A stretch of 32,000 bases of DNA from Horticoccus luteus. Its GTDB lineage: Bacteria > Verrucomicrobiota > Verrucomicrobiia > Opitutales > Opitutaceae. The stretch lies in NCBI RefSeq assembly GCF_019464535.1, contig NZ_CP080507.1:3390001-3422000 (forward strand), given 5' to 3'. Position 1 is the stretch's first letter. Every line of letters starts with the position of its first letter. The translations under genes were made by a program, and so were the position numbers. A model generated the notes under the pieces. The model had not been told where the DNA came from and did not search any database. It saw nothing but the letters and a program-made list of their open reading frames with translations. Shown here in pieces: positions 31,266-32,000 of the stretch.

Positions 31266-32000
31266 CAGGCCGGAGTTTCTTCCGCCCCCGGAAACGCACC
31301 CGTGCGCACCGCCCGCACGTAGGCGTTGAGTGCATCCTTCGTCAGCGCGTGACCATCGGCAAACGCCCGCGCAAACGACGGCCGAAACGCCGCGTCGAGC
31401 CCGAGCAAATCCGTCCACACGAGCACCTGTCCGTCCGTGCCCTTTCCCGCGCCAATCCCGATCGTCGGAATCGTCCGCTCCTTCGAAATCCGCCGGGCGA
31501 GCGCCGACGGCACGCATTCCAACACCACGCCAAAAGCGCCCGCTGCTTCCAGCGCGCCCGCCTCCGCGCGAATCCGCGCCGCCGCCTTTACCTCGCGTCC
31601 CTGCACCCGGTGTCCGAGTTGGTGATACGATTGGGGCGTCAACCCCACGTGCCCCATTACCGGCACGCCGCTCTCGACCAGATGTTCAATGATCTCTCCG
31701 TGCCCCGCCACGCCCTCGATTTTTACCGCGTTCGCGCCCGCCCGAAGCAGGACGCCCGCCGCCTCCACCGCCGCCCCCCGCTCGCCGCGCACGCTGAGAA
31801 ACGGCATGTCGGCGATCACCAGCATCTCCGGCGCGCCGCGCCGCACCGCGGCCGTGTGCAAGGCCATCATTTCCACCGTCGCGTGAATCGTCGAGGCATG
31901 CCCATGCACCACCATCGCGACCGAGTCGCCCACCAAGATGGCATCGACGTCCGCCTCCGCCGCCGTCCGCGCCGCGAGCACATCATAGGCCGTCACGAGC
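31265..32000 (-). CDS. panB: 3-methyl-2-oxobutanoate hydroxymethyltransferase; N-terminus beyond the right edge
   Basis: The track ORF 31265..31996 starts at an internal GTG, and the frame stays open to base 32000 (..LVTAYDVLAA..). Motifs: ILVGDSVAMVVHGH, VIADMPF, VKIEG, GHVGLTPQ, LECVP and IGIGAG. Confidence 0.9.
   Translation of the reverse strand, partial: LVTAYDVLAARTAAEADVDAILVGDSVAMVVHGHASTIHATVEMMALHTAAVRRGAPEMLVIADMPFLSVRGERGAAVEAAGVLLRAGANAVKIEGVAGHGEIIEHLVESGVPVMGHVGLTPQSYHQLGHRVQGREVKAAARIRAEAGALEAAGAFGVVLECVPSALARRISKERTIPTIGIGAGKGTDGQVLVWTDLLGLDAAFRPSFARAFADGHALTKDALNAYVRAVRTGAFPGAEETPA

Noticed and set aside
22427-31692. Shadow ORFs opposite the well-supported genes (for example 22427..23227, 24643..25470, 25518..26207, 26264..26986, 27041..27904, 27934..29106, 28722..29300, 29312..30106, 30495..31217)
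   Set aside because: Each lies antisense to, or out of frame with, a gene that has clear family motifs. Their translations are Arg/Pro/His/Gly-rich low-complexity sequence without motifs.

Overview
High-GC window, probably Verrucomicrobiota or Planctomycetota by gene content (inference only). About 69% of it is one enormous reverse-strand gene that the supplied ORF track does not list. The minus frame whose codon first bases fall on coordinates = 1 mod 3 is open from the TAA at 22061-22063 down to base 2 and runs off the left edge. That gives 7,337 codons from an in-frame TTG at 22012, or 7,305 from the first ATG at 21916. I translated this frame by hand from end to end and found no stop. The long plus-strand ORFs in 1-22000 are antisense shadows of it.

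Domain order of the protein, N to C:
- LEPR-XLL-like N-terminal signature (LIEALEARVLLSA)
- Pro/Ala/Ser-rich linker
- small beta-rich domain
- about 20 tandem copies of a divergent 170-200-aa module (10040-21043); some copies carry canonical 12-residue EF-hand-like Ca loops, and seven form a 510-bp tandem DNA array (13802-17392)
- non-repetitive beta-rich region
- RTX-type GGxGxD beta-roll (7973-8371)
- beta-helix-like tracts
- eight tandem copies of an unrecognised ~65-aa repeat (4661-6287), which reappears near the window start

The C-terminus, and therefore any anchor or secretion signal, lies outside the window.

To the right of the giant gene:
- a soluble REC-HisKA-HATPase-REC hybrid kinase, co-directional with and upstream of the giant gene
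- a divergent, translationally coupled four-gene operon: membrane sensor kinase, single-domain response regulator, TonB-dependent receptor, YfiR/DUF4154-like periplasmic protein
- a compact reverse-strand panB-panC-coaBC-coaX operon (panB truncated at the right edge)

I found no tRNA, rRNA, CRISPR array or mobile element. All family calls rest on motif recognition by eye; no searches were run.
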